A stretch of DNA of 64,000 bases, taken from NCBI GenBank assembly GCA_030390025.1, contig CM059439.1, forward strand, positions 45,570,001-45,634,000. The letters run 5' to 3'. The stretch comes from Squalus acanthias (lineage: Eukaryota). Positions 39,161 to 53,130 of the stretch are shown here, piece by piece. Position 1 is the first letter of the stretch, and every line of letters starts with the position of its first letter. The notes under the pieces were generated by a model that was not told the origin of the DNA, ran no database searches, and saw nothing but the letters and a program-made list of their open reading frames with translations. The position numbers and the translations under genes are program-made.

Positions 39161-41201
39161 GGTCCAGAAATTCGTTCGGGCTCCTCAGGGTCCAATATAG
39201 CAGGCGGCCACTCATTCCGCACAGGAAATGTGCCACTCGCCATATTGGATCGGGCTCCTCCGTCAGCATCCAGGGCATACATCAGAAGCATTTAAAAGGC
39301 TCATTATAATTTTTACATAAGGGTCCTAAGGGGGACAAGGGTTAGCTTTTGATATGAAGGGAGAGCAGAAAGATGAGTGGCTGCTGATAGCAGCTGCAGT
39401 TTGACATATAGGGCTGGATTTTTCCAACCACGGTGGGTCTGGGGCGGGCGACGTCGGTGGCGTGTGGGGACCTCGCATCTGTATCGATCCCGGCCTCCAA
39501 CATGATATTCCGATGATGGGCCTTGTCAAGCCCGCCCTGCGAGGTTCCCGGCCAGTTAGAGGAAGTGGGTCTGATGACGCGTCAACAGCCGGTTTCCTTA
39601 AAGGGACCCTGTCCAAATTGATTGACAGTTGCGCTGTCAATGTTCTGGCAAACACTGACACGCACTGCACAAAAGGTGCAGGGCTGTACCCAGGCTCTCC
39701 CATTACTCCTTTCATATGCTTATGGAGGGAGTCACAGCACGCAGGGAGGTTCTCTTCCCTTCCAATGGGCGGAAGAGACCTCCCCAGGAGATCAACATTG
39801 CACAGGAGGGCACAAGCAGGGATGTCGTCAGGTGTACCAGGCTGCAGTAGCGCAAACCTTTCGATGATCTCAGTAGATCACGAAACATTAGTACAAAGCC
39901 ACACTCAGCCTCATCCTGCTGTGCCACTCATCACATCCCCATCACTCTGCCTTCCCTTCCCTACTCCTGCACATCTTTACTCACACCAACTTACCTTGCA
40001 CCTCCACCTATCCCTCTCTATTGACATTATCACTTCCCCATCTCACTAGCCACCCCTCACACTCACCCTCATCCTCCTGCAAGCATACCAACTAACAACA
40101 CACAAGGATAGGCACTTGGGTGTTTTAGCCAATGTTCATGTGAAGTTTCTGTTAATGTGGTGTCAAACATTGAAATCTTTATCTTCAACACTTTGCGTTC
40201 TTGGACAGATTTGTGTGCACCTTTGGATGTGGCTTAGTCAGTTGCAGTGAATGTGAGACATAACGTCCCCACCCCCCCAATGGTGAGGCGTCTGAAAGGA
40301 ATGGCTTGGACATTGTAGGGATGCTTTATGGTGCTGGTGTGGGGTGGTGCCAACCTGGTGCATCATGTGGCAGCCAGGGGGTACAGTGTTAAGTGAAGCT
40401 AATCTGGACATGGTGAATCCATCGCTGGCGTCCCGGGCAGCAATGTGCGCGGGTGTGTCCAGTGCAGCATCAGTTGATTGCGGAGAAGGTTGGTATGGAT
40501 GTTGATGCTGCTGGTGTGCCTGGTGAATTAATGTGTGAAGAAACCCTGTATGACATATCCTCCAGCACTGCCACTTACCACGGCCATGACTCTGCCCCTG
40601 CCCGTAATGACCAGCCTGTCTTCCTCCGGAGGGGAAAGGGTGTGCGGGCGGGCTCGGCCTCCTCCGGTAGCCGCCTCCTGCCTCATGTTGTGCGTGACCT
40701 TCTTCTGCAAGAAAGAAGGGAGTGTGTTGGAGACAGCATTGTGAGCTGTTTTGAAAATGTGCTGGTCACGTTGAAATAGTTTGTGTGTCATGTGCAAGGT
40801 GTGAGAAGCGAGGGTTTCAATAGTAGTGAGAGTGTGAGAGGTGCAGTGAAGTGTGTCTCAGTGATTGTAGGAGAGTGAAGGTAAGCGGGGGAGGGGAGTA
40901 TTGTGAGTAGTGAAGCGGCAGGTGGTGCAGGTGTGAGGAGAGAGAAGTTGAGGTGAGAGACAGGATTCTTACTATGACAACTCTGGTGAGGTCATTGAAC
41001 TTTTTCTTGCATTGTAGCCATGTCTTGGGAGCTAAGCTCACGGCATTAACCTCCTCTTCCCACTGGCAGCAGAGGTGTTGCCCGGAAGGCTTTCTTCCCG
41101 CCTTGGGGGACAGGACAGGATCTCCCTCTTCCTGTCCACTGCCTAGACCACAGCCCCGTCCCCTGCGAGCCCATTTTCAGGTGCGATCGAATTTCTAGGC
41201 C
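39161..41201. mobile_element. Composite PIF/Harbinger-derived element with two convergent Myb/SANT gene remnants
   Basis: TIRs GGTCCAGAAATTCG and CGAATTTCTAGGCC. Minus strand encodes KTWLQCKKKFNDLTR, spliced to KKVTHNMRQEAATGGG. Plus strand from 39680 encodes RAVPRLSHYSFHMLMEGVTARREVLFPSNGRKRP. A second TIR-like start lies at 39411. Confidence 0.8.
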
Positions 41202-44200
41202 CACTAATTTTTATAAAACTGTATTATTTACACAAAGCCTTCCTATTTAAACCTAGCCAAAATGGCAGTTTATAGGAAAGACTGTTCCATATCACGTGAA
41301 ATAGATATTAAATAGTAACTACTATTTGTAATAGCAATGCTTTTACTATAAGCTACCCGCTAAAATGAACCAGCTGATATCATTGGCAGGCAATCTCCTC
41401 TCATGCCTTTGCCAAAGCCAATTTTGAGCAGCCTACTGGACAATTCCAATAGTTGCCAGTCATGACTCACCCTCTGATTTTCTGTCACTAGTTGGGAAAT
41501 GCCTAATCTCCGATTATATTTTGGGCCTTTGTTACAGAAATGCAACTGAGAACGTTGCTACAAAGTGAACTCCTTTGAGGCGAACAGTACCATGTAATGA
41601 ACACAATATTCTGAAAAATATATGAGAGTGGACTGTGGAAAAGAACAGATTTAATAATGATGACATCTCTCAAGTGTAGGTCACAAAAAGGCCTAAGCAT
41701 CAGAAATACTTCCTTAATTACCTGGTGTAATGGACAAAGGTATTAGGAATGCCACTATTTTTATTTTCAAGCCTGGGGCAAGAGTACTACTGTCTGACGA
41801 TAGCTGTATAAAAATGAATAGGTGGCAGTGTACTGAAGGGTGAATGTGGCCACACAGACCTGTACTGAGTCAGCTGTACAGTGGATTCTTCTCATTCCAT
41901 CAGTCTAATGGATAGCAATTGAATTTAATTAGTAAAGCAGCTCAGAGTAACAGCACGCTGTGCAGAGTGAAATGAGAAGCTCTCCACAGAAGACTTGCAA
42001 AGAATGTCTTTTTAACTGCCATTCTGAGCAGCGATGGAAGCCAAATGTTACCCTCACAGTTTACAACTGTAAATTAATATAGTAAAATGTAGAATGGAGT
42101 CCCTCTCCTCACACTTTTTTTTAAAAAAAGTAAAGGAAAAACACACAAACCCTCCTATAATTTTGTTGCTAACAAGAGAGACTCAATTTTGCCTGGCTGG
42201 TCACAGCAAGCAGGCAAGTTCCAATGATTGATTATTGTGGTATCTCTGTATCTTTGACTTTGAACCATGACCTCTTTGTGTACAAAGAGGGTTGGGACCT
42301 ACCATTTGCCATCTGGAAAAAGGGACTGTGTGTAGGGAAAAAGATCCAGTATTAATCATCCAATTAAGAACGCACCAAAATAGAGTACTTAAGTGCTATG
42401 AAATTCAGTCAATTTAATAATTTTCTGAATTAATTGCATTTTTGTACAACCTGCTCTCCAGAACTAGCAGGACTCATTTACACATTTACTATTACTCCCC
42501 GTACTAAAAAGTAGGCTCAAGTTTGTCTTTGCTCGACTAATCTGCAAGCACTTTAATTAGCCTGAAGAAAAGTGATTGTTCACTTAGAACCAAAAGAAGA
42601 AAGGACCGAATTCTCACCTATTGTGGGCTGTGGAGCATTTTTCTAGACAAATTCACCAATTAGTCTAGTCACATACAGCAGTATTCTCTTGATTTCTAGG
42701 GACCAGCTACGTTAAACCACCTCTTTGAAAATCCAGTGCAATTATGCTGCGGGCTTGAGTTTCTATCAGGGGGGGGCGAAGAGACAGTCTACTGGGAAAA
42801 GTTATCTCCAGGGGCATTTTGACTCCCCACTGAGGACATTTTTTTTGCTGAGTAAAAAGAATGTTGTATTGATCTGATTACACTGCATACTCACAATAGA
42901 ACAGCATACTTGATGCTGAGAAAACAGTTGCATGATACTCTGCAACTGTTGTGACCTCACCAAGGGTAATTTGGGTAGCACCCCCCTGATTAGCCTACCT
43001 TGGATCTTTTCACTCAAGTGCCAAAACATCTTACTTTATACACTGGGTAGAACTTTAACTTTATAAGTAATTTCTTATATTATTACAAACCAAATTTCTT
43101 TTTAACAAATCCTATACAAAAGTAGGAGGCAGCTTCCTCAGAATGAATATCACTGACTGAATTTATTAACTACCCCACAATATTTAGAAGAGCAATTTAA
43201 CAGCTTCATCCAAATGATTAAGTGACTCAAGGACAAAACAGCTTGGGGGTGTGGTTTCAGGTAAGGTTAGTACTCAAGCCTTCTTGCACAAAGTGTAATG
43301 AACTCCTTCAAATCACAGCTACCAGGGAGTATGAGCAGAATAATAATACTATTAACATATTCTGCAGCACAGTAAAACAATGCATCGTGCCAACAGAATT
43401 GCGGCTTGTTTTGACCACACAGCTTGCTCCAAAGTCATTGACTTCTTTTCGTTTTCTTCACTTCATGCCACAATTTCTTTCAACTCAGCCAGTCCATCTA
43501 TTTTTTTTCTTAACATTCCCAATTGTCTCGTTGCTCTTGGAAAGGGACTTCACATCCCATTACAGCTAAGGATGAGAGCATCTCCACTCAGGGAAAAACC
43601 TTGCTCAAGCTAGGCTCATTAACCCTTTTATGCCTTCTCTAGACTTGCCTCCTGAAAGAGTACACCCTCCTTGAACTTACTCGTTTGGATATATTCAGAT
43701 TCTTTCTCAACAGTCTGGTGAACATAAATTGGATCTCCTTTAGAATACTGGCGAGGAAAGTGGACCTCTTGCCATCCTGATGTACAGACATTATGACACT
43801 GGTGCCCCATCTGTTCTATTGACCTCTTCAGTTCTGGTTCCATAACTCCTTCTGGCACTTGGCTTGGCTCACTTAACTGCTGACTGTGTTTCGGCAATGG
43901 TCAGCTGTGCTTAGGACCAATCCCAACCCAGAGCAGGTTGAGTTGGGTGGTTTCAACACAGCATCAGGGGAATACACACACATATAAATACACAATATAT
44001 ATTAGAATAAAGCTCGATACTGGCGAACTCACAGATCAGCTGGGTTGTTGCACCTGTTGCGGAGGCTGCAGGTGAAGGATTGGGGGGAGAAGAAATGTAA
44101 GTAAGAGTGAGTTTTAGATTTGTAGCCCTATTAATCAATGAAAGTCAGTGCAAAGTTTACAAGTAGTCTTGAAGTTACCCCTAGGAATTGAGCCAGGGGA

Positions 44201-46155
44201 GGGGAGGGGGGGGGGCGGGGGGCAGGGAAGAGGTACAGAAAATGTAAGTTGTAGGTAAAAAGGAGGAACTTTTTTTGGAATGAGTCCAAAACATCTATCT
44301 GTCACTCAGATTTCCAAAACACTCTAGATTAAGACTAGAAACCTACTGCACCGGTGGTAAAAGCATCACTCCAGAAGAACCTAAGTGCAGAGCAGTTGGT
44401 AACTAGACAGGTTTATTTGTGAATTAGAAAGCATTAATCTAATTGAGGACATTGAGATGACATCATAAAGTCTACAAGTGGTTCCTGTTTGTCATCTGAA
44501 CCCCAATATTAGATTGTTTTTAAATTTACCTGGAGCTACCTATTACTATGTATAATAGACACATGGCAGTGAATTTTCTTTGCAAATGTTTAAGCTTTAC
44601 TAAGATGCCTGCACATTGCCTATCAAAAATGTTGTGTGATACAGGACCTGAAGGTAAATTGATTTTATGATATGCAGACAAAAGGATGGTGATGAATGAC
44701 CTGAGGTACTACCACATTATTTTTACTCACATTAATTTATTTTTAATACAGTGAATCACATCTTTTAAATAGTATTTTTATAATGCCACAGGCAAACAGT
44801 CCGAGCTTCCCTCTCTTCTCTGTACTAGGAGATTGCAATGGTACAATAGCACAGCCCACGCTCTCCCACCTGGAAACATAGTGGCAAATATGCTGCAAAT
44901 TATCACAACAGTGGCTACTATTCAGTGGTACTTTTCGCCCAGATTCAGAATACTTTAAAAGATAATTAATTACAGGTCCAAATAGGTAAAAGCACAGTGG
45001 CAAAGTTTGACTGTTGACAGTTTCACACTTGAACCTATGTAGACAAATGAAAGAGGAAATGTCCTTTTAAAACGGGGCTGTGCAACTATACAGGACCTAG
45101 AACTTTGGCATTATATACTCTGCATAAAAAAAAAACAGGTGCTCATTAGAATCAGCTCCACTTCTTGCTCTCTCTGTCTTTCTCTCTCTCACACACACAT
45201 ACACTCACTTAAAAAAAAAACCAGGTGTAAATTATGATTGTAACCCTCATTAGGAAACTATTACCATAGTGTTTTGCACATCATTTTTTTTGGAAGAAAT
45301 ATTAACTAATAAATATCCAGCTTTCTGGTTTTAAAAAAAAAAGAAAATCAACAGGATTGTTGTCATCTGTAATATTCTCCTTAATTTGGCCCGATGAGTA
45401 TTGAAACTCCCTCAGGGGAACAAATTTCTTACGTTCGATCGACAAACCTCATTCTCTTTTTTTATTTAGCAGCCATAAGGCAGTTTATTTTACCACTTTT
45501 TCTACCATCTGTACCAACTTTCCCCACAGACCGCTGCAGCTGTCCAGTGTAATGTGTTCAGTTCCTTTTATTTTCTGTCCAAATAGCTCGTAAACAATTC
45601 AGCAATATTTATAACTGTTGTGTCCCTTTTGTTCTGGCTAGCGGAAGGAGGCCTGGTCCTCTTCTTTTTTGATGAAATATCACCTATCTCACGGTATATT
45701 GCCACAATATGTGATAAAGGATGATAGAAATTTGTTTTTAAAATATCTTGAAAAAAACTATGCAAATATATCATTAATAATTAAAACTCAAAAGCAAAAT
45801 GGAAATGCACAAGAATGAAACTCCACAACAGAAGGCCACCATATGTCCTTTTTGTTTCAAAACATAAAGGCATGAGATATGATGGCATGTCAACAGTGTC
45901 ACCCATCATTGCTAGTTGAAAGTTTTATTTTAAATCCAGCCAATATTTCATATTTGAAATTATATGCAGCATCTATACATCAGCTGCTCTTCTAGTGTCT
46001 GTAAAAATATTTCACAGACAATCAGGCACTATATAAACTGTGACTGTCCGAGCAGATATAGGAACATAGGAGCAGGAGTAGGCCAGTTAGCCTCTCGAGC
46101 CTCTTCCGCCATTCAATGAGATCATGGCTGATCTGCGACCCAACTCCATTTACTC

Positions 46156-46404
46156 TTCGCTCTCTTCACTCAGTGGGTTGTGAATCTTTGGAATTCTCTA
46201 TCCGAAAGTTCTGTGGATGCTCAGTCGTTGAGTATATTCAAGGCCAAGATAGATAGACTTTTGGCCTCTAGGGGAATCAAGGGATATGCGGATCAGGCGG
46301 GAAAAAGTGGAGTTGAGGTAGAAGATCAGCCATGATCTTATTGAATGGCAGAGCAGGCTCGAGGGCCATATGGCCTACTCCTGCTCCTAATTCTTATGTT
46401 CTTA
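46156..46404 (+). mobile_element. CR1 3'-end fragment inserted in opposite orientation in the 3'UTR of the long CR1
   Basis: GTTGTGAATCTTTGGAATTCTCTA..GATCAGCCATGATCTTATTGAATGG..CCTACTCCTGCTCCTAATTCTTATGTTCTTA. The host sequence resumes at CCCGCCTTTGCCCCATATCC. Confidence 0.85.
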
Positions 46405-48442
46405 CCCGCCTTTGCCCCATATCCCTTAATACCTTTGGTTAACAAAAATCTATCAATCTCCGATTTAAAATTAACAATTGATCGAGCATCAATTGCTGTT
46501 TGCGGAAGAAAGTTCCAAACTTCTACCACCCTTTGTGTATAGAAGTGTTTCCTAATTTCACTCCTGAAAGGTCTGGCTCTAATTTTTAGACTATGCCCCC
46601 TCGTCCTAGATTCCCCAACCAGCAGAAATAGTTTCTCTCTATCTACCCTATTTGTTCCCCTTAATAGCTTGAAAACTTCGATCAGATCACCCCCATGACC
46701 TTCAAAATTCCAGGGAATACAACCCTAGTTTGTACAATCTCTCCTCGTAATTTAACTCCTGGACTCTGGGTTTCATTCTGGTAAACCTACGCTGCACTCC
46801 CTGCAAGGCCAATATATTCTTCCTGAGGTGTGGTGCCCATAACTGGTCACAGTATTCCAGGTATGGTCTAACGATGGCTTTGTACAGCTGTACTGTAGCT
46901 TCTACCCCCTTGTATTCTAGTCCTCTAGATATAAAGGCCAGCATTCCATTAGCATTTTTGATTATTTTCTATATCTGTTTTAATGATCTATGCACATGGA
47001 CCCCAAAGTCTCTTTGGACATCCACTGTTTTTAGCTTTTCACCATTTAGAAAGTACCCTGTTTTATTCTTTTTAGGTCCAAAATGGATGACCTCACATCT
47101 GCCTACATTGAAATCCATTTGCCACAGTTTTGACATTCACTTAATCTATCAATGTCTCTTTGTAATTTTATGCTTTCATCTACACTGCCTACAATGCCGC
47201 CTATCTTTGTGTCATCTTTCTATGCCATCATCTAAGTCATTCATAAATATGGTGAATAGTTGAGGCCCCAACACATCCTGCCAGTTAGAGTACCTGCCCA
47301 TTATCCCTACTCTCTGTCTCCTGCCGCTCAGCCAATTTCCTAACCAGGCCAATAATTTGCCTTCAATTCCATGGGTTTCAACCTTAGTTAACAGTCTCTT
47401 AGGAGGGACTTTATCAAATACCTTCTGAAAGTCCATATAAATAACATCTATGGGCATTCCCCTGTCCACTACTTTAGTCACCTCTTCAAAAAATTAAATC
47501 AGATTCATCAGGTGTGACCTACCTTTCACAAATCCATGCTGGCTCTCTCTGATCAACTGAAAATTTTCAAGGTGTTCAGTCACCCTATCCTTAATTATAG
47601 ACTCTAGTAATTTCCCGACAACAGATGTTAGGCTAACTGGTCTATAATTCCCTGGTTTCCCTCTCTCACCATCCTTAAAAAGCAGAGTGACATGCGCAAT
47701 TTTCCAATCTAACGGAATGGTTCCTGAATCCAGAGAACTTTGGAAGATTATAGTTAGGGCATCTGCAATGTGCTCACCTACTTCCTTTAAAACCATCTGG
47801 TCCTGGGGATTTGTCACTCTTTAGTGCCATTATTTTCTTCATTACTGTTATTTTACATACGTTAATTTTGTCGAGTCCCTGTCCCAGATTCGATACTAGT
47901 TTCCTTGGGATTTCTGGCATACTATCCTCTTCCTCTACTGTAAATACCGACACCAAGTAATTATTCAACATTTCCTTATTATCATTGACAAAATCACCGC
48001 TAGCAGTTTAAGGAGCCAACATTGCTCCTGACTACCCTCTTTTTCCTAATGTAATTGTAAAAATTTGTGTTGGTTTTAATATCCCTTGCATGTTTCTTTA
48101 CAAACTCCCTTTTTGTAGTTCTTACTACTGTATCTGTTTTGTGACCCTTTGCTATTCTTTGTATCTTTCCCATTCGCCAGGATCTGCGCTATTTTTTGCA
48201 GTTTTGTATGCTTTTTCTTTTAGTTTTATGTCGTCTCTTACCTCTTTCGTCGTCCATGGCTTTTTTTTTTGGCAAGTAGAGCTCTTGCCCCTTAGGGGTA
48301 TAAACTGCTTCTGTATCACAAATTCTTTTTTGAACCGCTCCCACTGATCTTGTCATTTTACCCATTAACAGATTTGCCCAATTTACTGTGGACAGTCTGT
48401 CTCATCGCATTGAAGTCAGCCTGACCTAAATCTAGAATCTTA

Positions 48443-49789
48443 GGGGGCGATTTTCCCACTGGAGGCGAGATGGAGGCGGGATTCAGTTTGGGTGGGTTTG
48501 AAACTCGCCTCCACTGATAGGTTTCAAAAATTTGCGATTTTCCCATGATTGTCCACTTGATTTCAGAGGTGTGGGATGCCTTGTTCAATTAGTGTTTCGG
48601 GACTGAAACTCGCCTCTGTTGACAGCACTTTTCCAGTCTGATTTTATGGCTTCTTGCTCCCTTGGCTCACTCCACAGCATTTCTGCTTCTCCTGCACCAC
48701 CTCCAACATCTTTTGAGAAACCTATGTCCAATTCCAAGGCAAGGGCCTACCTGAGGCTCTCAGATGAGGCGCTGCAAATGTTGTTTGAGGGGGTGAGAGC
48801 TAGCATGGAGGTGCTCTTCCACTCATCTCGGAGGAAGAGGCCTGCCAAAGAAACCAAGGCTGCGAGAGTACAGCTGGCAAGGGATATAACCTCCAGATCT
48901 GTACGCAGATTGGGAGACTATTTCTGTGTATTGATGAAATGCCATCCCTGTTGGAAAGCATTAAAATGATTTGAAGCCAAAATGTTGGCGTTATGCCATC
49001 TGTTCTTTCATCTAAGGCAGCTCCACATTGCAGGCACCGCCACACTTGCGATGTCTGGTTGGTGGCCTGAGTGAAAGGAGGCCAGAAAGTCATGTCCATT
49101 GTCAATGATGTCCTAAGATGGAGCCAAGGACATGTGCCAACATGAGCAATGGGCAACCTATGCAAATCTGGCCATGATAAGTTCATCCCTTGCATCCCGG
49201 GCTCTGACCTCCTCCTCCTCCTCCTCCTCCTTGTCCGAGGTCCATGCAGAAAGAAATCGAATGGTTCCCATGCTGCTTGTAGATGCCTCCTTTGGGGAAG
49301 TGCTCATTGCAAGCGGGGAGAGGGTCTTCCAAGGAGGTCCCACAGTTGATTGAGTCAAGCTGCAGCACCTCCGACTTCAGAAGGCCTTCTAAAAGTGCTC
49401 AGAGACCTTTCAAAGCCAAGGTCTGGCACGTGCAAGTAAATCCTTGCTACAATAAATGATGTCTTGTTAGACTTGCAGCAGTGAGGAGGCCACCCACGAG
49501 TCAACCCGCCAGGTTTACCTGGCGTGGTTTAGGAGGTGCGTGGATCACACCGAAAAGCTGGAAAAATCACGAGGGCCTCTCAAAATAGGCTTAGAGAGGC
49601 CCTTAACAAGCATTTAAGGAAGTTAATTAGCGCAATGGCCAGCTGGAGGCGGGAGCGTTTCCCGACCTCCAAAACCGGCACCAGCAAAATCCCACGGAGG
49701 CGGGTTCCGAACCCAACCTCTTTGAATCTAATTTTCCCGCCTTTCCCGCCTCCAAACCCGCCTCCTCCGACATCAGAAAAATCGCCCCC
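48443..49789. mobile_element. Non-autonomous PIF/Harbinger transposon (1347 bp) nested in CR1 ORF2
   Basis: TIRs GGGGGCGATTTT and AAAATCGCCCCC; TTA TSD at 48440-48442 and 49790-49792. Removing it restores CR1 ..ETATKILDL... Internal Myb/SANT remnant RLSDEALQMLFEGVRASMEVLFHSSRRKRP. Confidence 0.92.
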
Positions 49790-52247
49790 TTAGTAGCTGT
49801 TTCACGTTTCTCCCTTTCAAACACTACGTTGAACTCGATCATGTTATGATCGCTATTAGATAAAAGTTTATGCACCATTAGGCTGTTAACTAAATCTGGC
49901 TCATTACTAAATTTTATATATGTCATGTCCCCTTGTTGGTTCTAGGACATATTGTTGCGGAAAACTATCCCGGACACACTCAAGAAATTCACTACCTTTC
50001 TGACATGTACTAGTCTGCTTATCCCAATCTATATGAAAGTTAAAATCCCCCATTAAAACTACTCTGCCTTTGCTACATGCTTGTCTAATCTCTGCACTTA
50101 TACAATCTAGCACTTCAGAGCTGCTACCACTACAGTCTTAAATCCTTTCCTATTTCTTAATTCTACCCATAAAGTCTCCATTGCCTGCTTACCCTTCGTT
50201 ATATCCTCTCTTATCATGGAAGTGAATTCATCCTTAATCACTAAGGCTACTCCTCCCCCTCTGCCATTTTCCCTATCTTTCCTGTGGACCTTATAACCTT
50301 AGTTCCCAGTCCTGACCATCTTGCAGCCATGTCTCAGTAATGGCTACCATGTCATACCCTCCAAGTTGAATTTGCGCCTGCAGTTCATTCAATTTATTCC
50401 GTGCATTTGTATAAAGAATGCTTATTTGGGCCACACACCCTAACCTGTTCTTCAGCTCTAATGTTTTACTCACATGTTTCTTATTTCTCTCTCCTGGTTT
50501 AATCACTTTACACCTTTTAGTTTTCCCCTTACCTGTACTGCCTAAAGCACAATTTCTGTTACTCTACTCTCTTCCATTTCATTTGTTTTTGAACTATTAT
50601 TTATACTACATTTTCCACCTAAGCCCTCCCCCCACCTCCCCCCCACCCCCCCCCCCCCCATTTACTAGTTTAAAGTCCTTGTGACCGTCCTATTTATCCT
50701 TTCCGCTAGGACTCTATTCCCAGCCTGGTTCAGGTGGAACCCATCCCAATGGTACAGTTCCTTCCTGTCCCAATACTGGTGCCAATGCCCGATGAAATGG
50801 AACCACTCTTTCCCACACCACTCCTTCAGCCACGTGTTCACCTCCCTAATCTGCTTATCCCTATGGCAATTTGCACGTGGCTCAGGTAATAATCCAGAGA
50901 TTATAACCCTTGAGGTCCTGTTCTTTAATTTAGCTCCTAGTTCCTGGTACTCCCCAAACAGGACCCCTTGCCTACTCTTCCCTATGTTGTTGGTCCCAAC
51001 ATGGACCACAACGACGGGATCCTCCCCCCTCCCTCTCCAAAATCCTTTTAAGCCGGTTCGAGATGTCCCTCAGCCTGGCTCCAGGTAGGCAACATACCAT
51101 GTTGGACTCTCGATCTTGCTTACAAAGGATGCTATCTGTCCCCCTAATTACTTAATCCTCTACAACTATCACATTACGCTACCCCTCATCCTCCTCCTCC
51201 TCCACCCGCCTTTGGACAGCCTCCTGCTCCAAGGTGCCATGGTCTGCATTCTGGCTGTCCTTCCAATAGTCTTTATCCTTATCCTCACAGGTAGCAAGTA
51301 CATTTTACTTGTTGAAATAGGTCAGTTTCTGCAGATCCTCATTCTCTATCTCACCTGGGTTCCCCTTGCTCTGCACACTATTGGTCACACCAACCCCGTT
51401 CTGAACCTGTACCTCTCTACAAGATGTGACCGAGATCTGGAGCAAACTGTCCAGATACTGCTCCCCCTCCCTTATGTGACGGACTGTCTCCAATTCGCAC
51501 TCCAGCTCAATGACTCTGAGCGGGAGAGATTCGAGACAGAGACATCTACTGCAGATGTGGTTGCTCAGGACATCTCGCTGTCCACAAACTCTCAAATACT
51601 GCAGTCTAGACATACAACCTGCTCTGCCATATCTTAGTCTAGATTATTTATATCAACTTAAATATTTTTTTCTTATTTTACACACTAACTTGCACTAAGT
51701 ACTAAAACACTGGAAAAAAAATTTAAATGCCTCTATTTATTTGACGACTATCTAAACTTACTAGAAACTTAAGACTTGTCGCTGATCTGATCTGGAAAAA
51801 AAACACTCACCAGCTACTCACCAATCAGCTCCTTCCATTGTGCTGACATCACTTTAGGTGTTTTTACCTCTCTTCGTGATGCTCGTGCTCCCTCACCTCC
51901 AGGCTCTCCGATTCTTGAACTTAAACTCCTCCCTCTGTGTTGATTTAGATATGCCGTCACTTTGTGAATTTTTCCCCTCCTCTGTTTTGGTCTCTGCTTT
52001 GCTGCACTGCCTCTGCTGCCTGGTTCCCGCACTGCTTTTAAATGCTGCACTCTCCCGATGTGCTTTGCTGCACGTCCCTGATATATAAGGAAGAGGGTGT
52101 GTCTTCTCAGAAATGGAAGCCTTTATATACACTGCAAGGTTACTTTGCATCCACAGCTTATGGACAACAGTACAAAAACTTCCATAGCCAGGTGCTACGT
52201 AAGGTAGGACTGTCACATTTACTATACCATGCAGCTCATTTACCTAG

Positions 52248-52436
52248 AATCAGCTGTGGTAGCACTCTCAAGTCTAAGTCAAAAGATCATGGGTTCAAGC
52301 CCCACTCCAGAGACTTGAGCAGGCTGAGGGAGCGCTGCACTGTCGGAAGTGCCATCTTTTGGATGGGATGTTAAACCGAGGCCCCGCCTGTTCTCTCAGG
52401 TAGATGAAAAAGATCCCATGGCTCTATTCGAAGATG
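52248..52436 (+). mobile_element. Deu-domain tRNA SINE, 3'-truncated
   Basis: GTGGTAGCACTCTC..GGGTTCAAGCCCCACTCCAGAGACTTGAGC..TTAAACCGAGG..CTCTCAGGT..AAAGATCCCATGG matches 530-750. Confidence 0.85.
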
Positions 52437-53130
52437 ACTATTAAAAAAAGATAAACTTTCACTGAAGCCCTTATATACATTGCAAGCAACCTTTCAGCAA
52501 TAGTGCAACATTCTCTAAGGTCAGATGCAGAAAGAACTCCAGTAATGTCATCACACTTGCAGTCATTAGCTGTTTAATAACTTTTAAGAAATGGTTACAT
52601 TTCCATGTCAAAGTTCAAAAATAGGCAATGTGATAATAAAAAATCTATTTAACAATATTTACCGTCTAATTCAAAGAAAATTGCTTTCGTTAACTTATAT
52701 TGTATGAACGAAAAGCTGTGGAGATTTTGAAGGCCTGAAGAGGTCGAGCCATATTCAAAATGCAATAACAGGGGTTTGGGAGCATAATGAGATCAGACTT
52801 TAATTCTGCAAACTCCAAATCCTGTCAGGCTATTAAATTATCGATTAATGAACACAACTAAAAAACAACACACAAAACTTCTGAAAAAACAGAACTGGCC
52901 GACATAAAACTTTTTTGTAATTAAATTCCTCTTCCCCACCCCTCTCCCCGCTCCCACCACCCATGCTTACATTCCTCTTGTGCAAAAGTGGCAGGTCAAG
53001 TCTTCAGACATCTCTACATAATCTCCATCAACATTCTCTTTAGTCAAATGTGGAACTTAACCCTTACCTGCTAAAGCAGCATTGGTGTGGCATGCATTCA
53101 ATGTAAAGAAAATGGAATGGGGGTACTTAC

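Larger units (their letters stand above)
46061..52079 (-). mobile_element. Near full-length, decayed CR1 LINE (ORF1 Zn-finger/leucine zipper + SGNH esterase; ORF2 APE + RT; 3'UTR)
   Basis: ORF1: HICSRCLCLESLPLRVIELECEL (51305-51613) and VHVGTNNIG..DGFHLN (50665-51009). ORF2: YTNAR..AITETWL, MGDFN, KSPGPDG, NYRPVSLTSVVGKLLE, QHGF, YMDFQKVFDKV. CR1 3' end (CCTACTCCTGCTCCTATGTTCC) at 46061. Possible TSD GATATA at 46055-46060 and 52080-52085. Confidence 0.95.

Noticed and set aside
39462-40049. 195-aa ORF
   Set aside because: Off-frame read-through of a GC-rich Harbinger remnant; the Myb similarity is in another frame.
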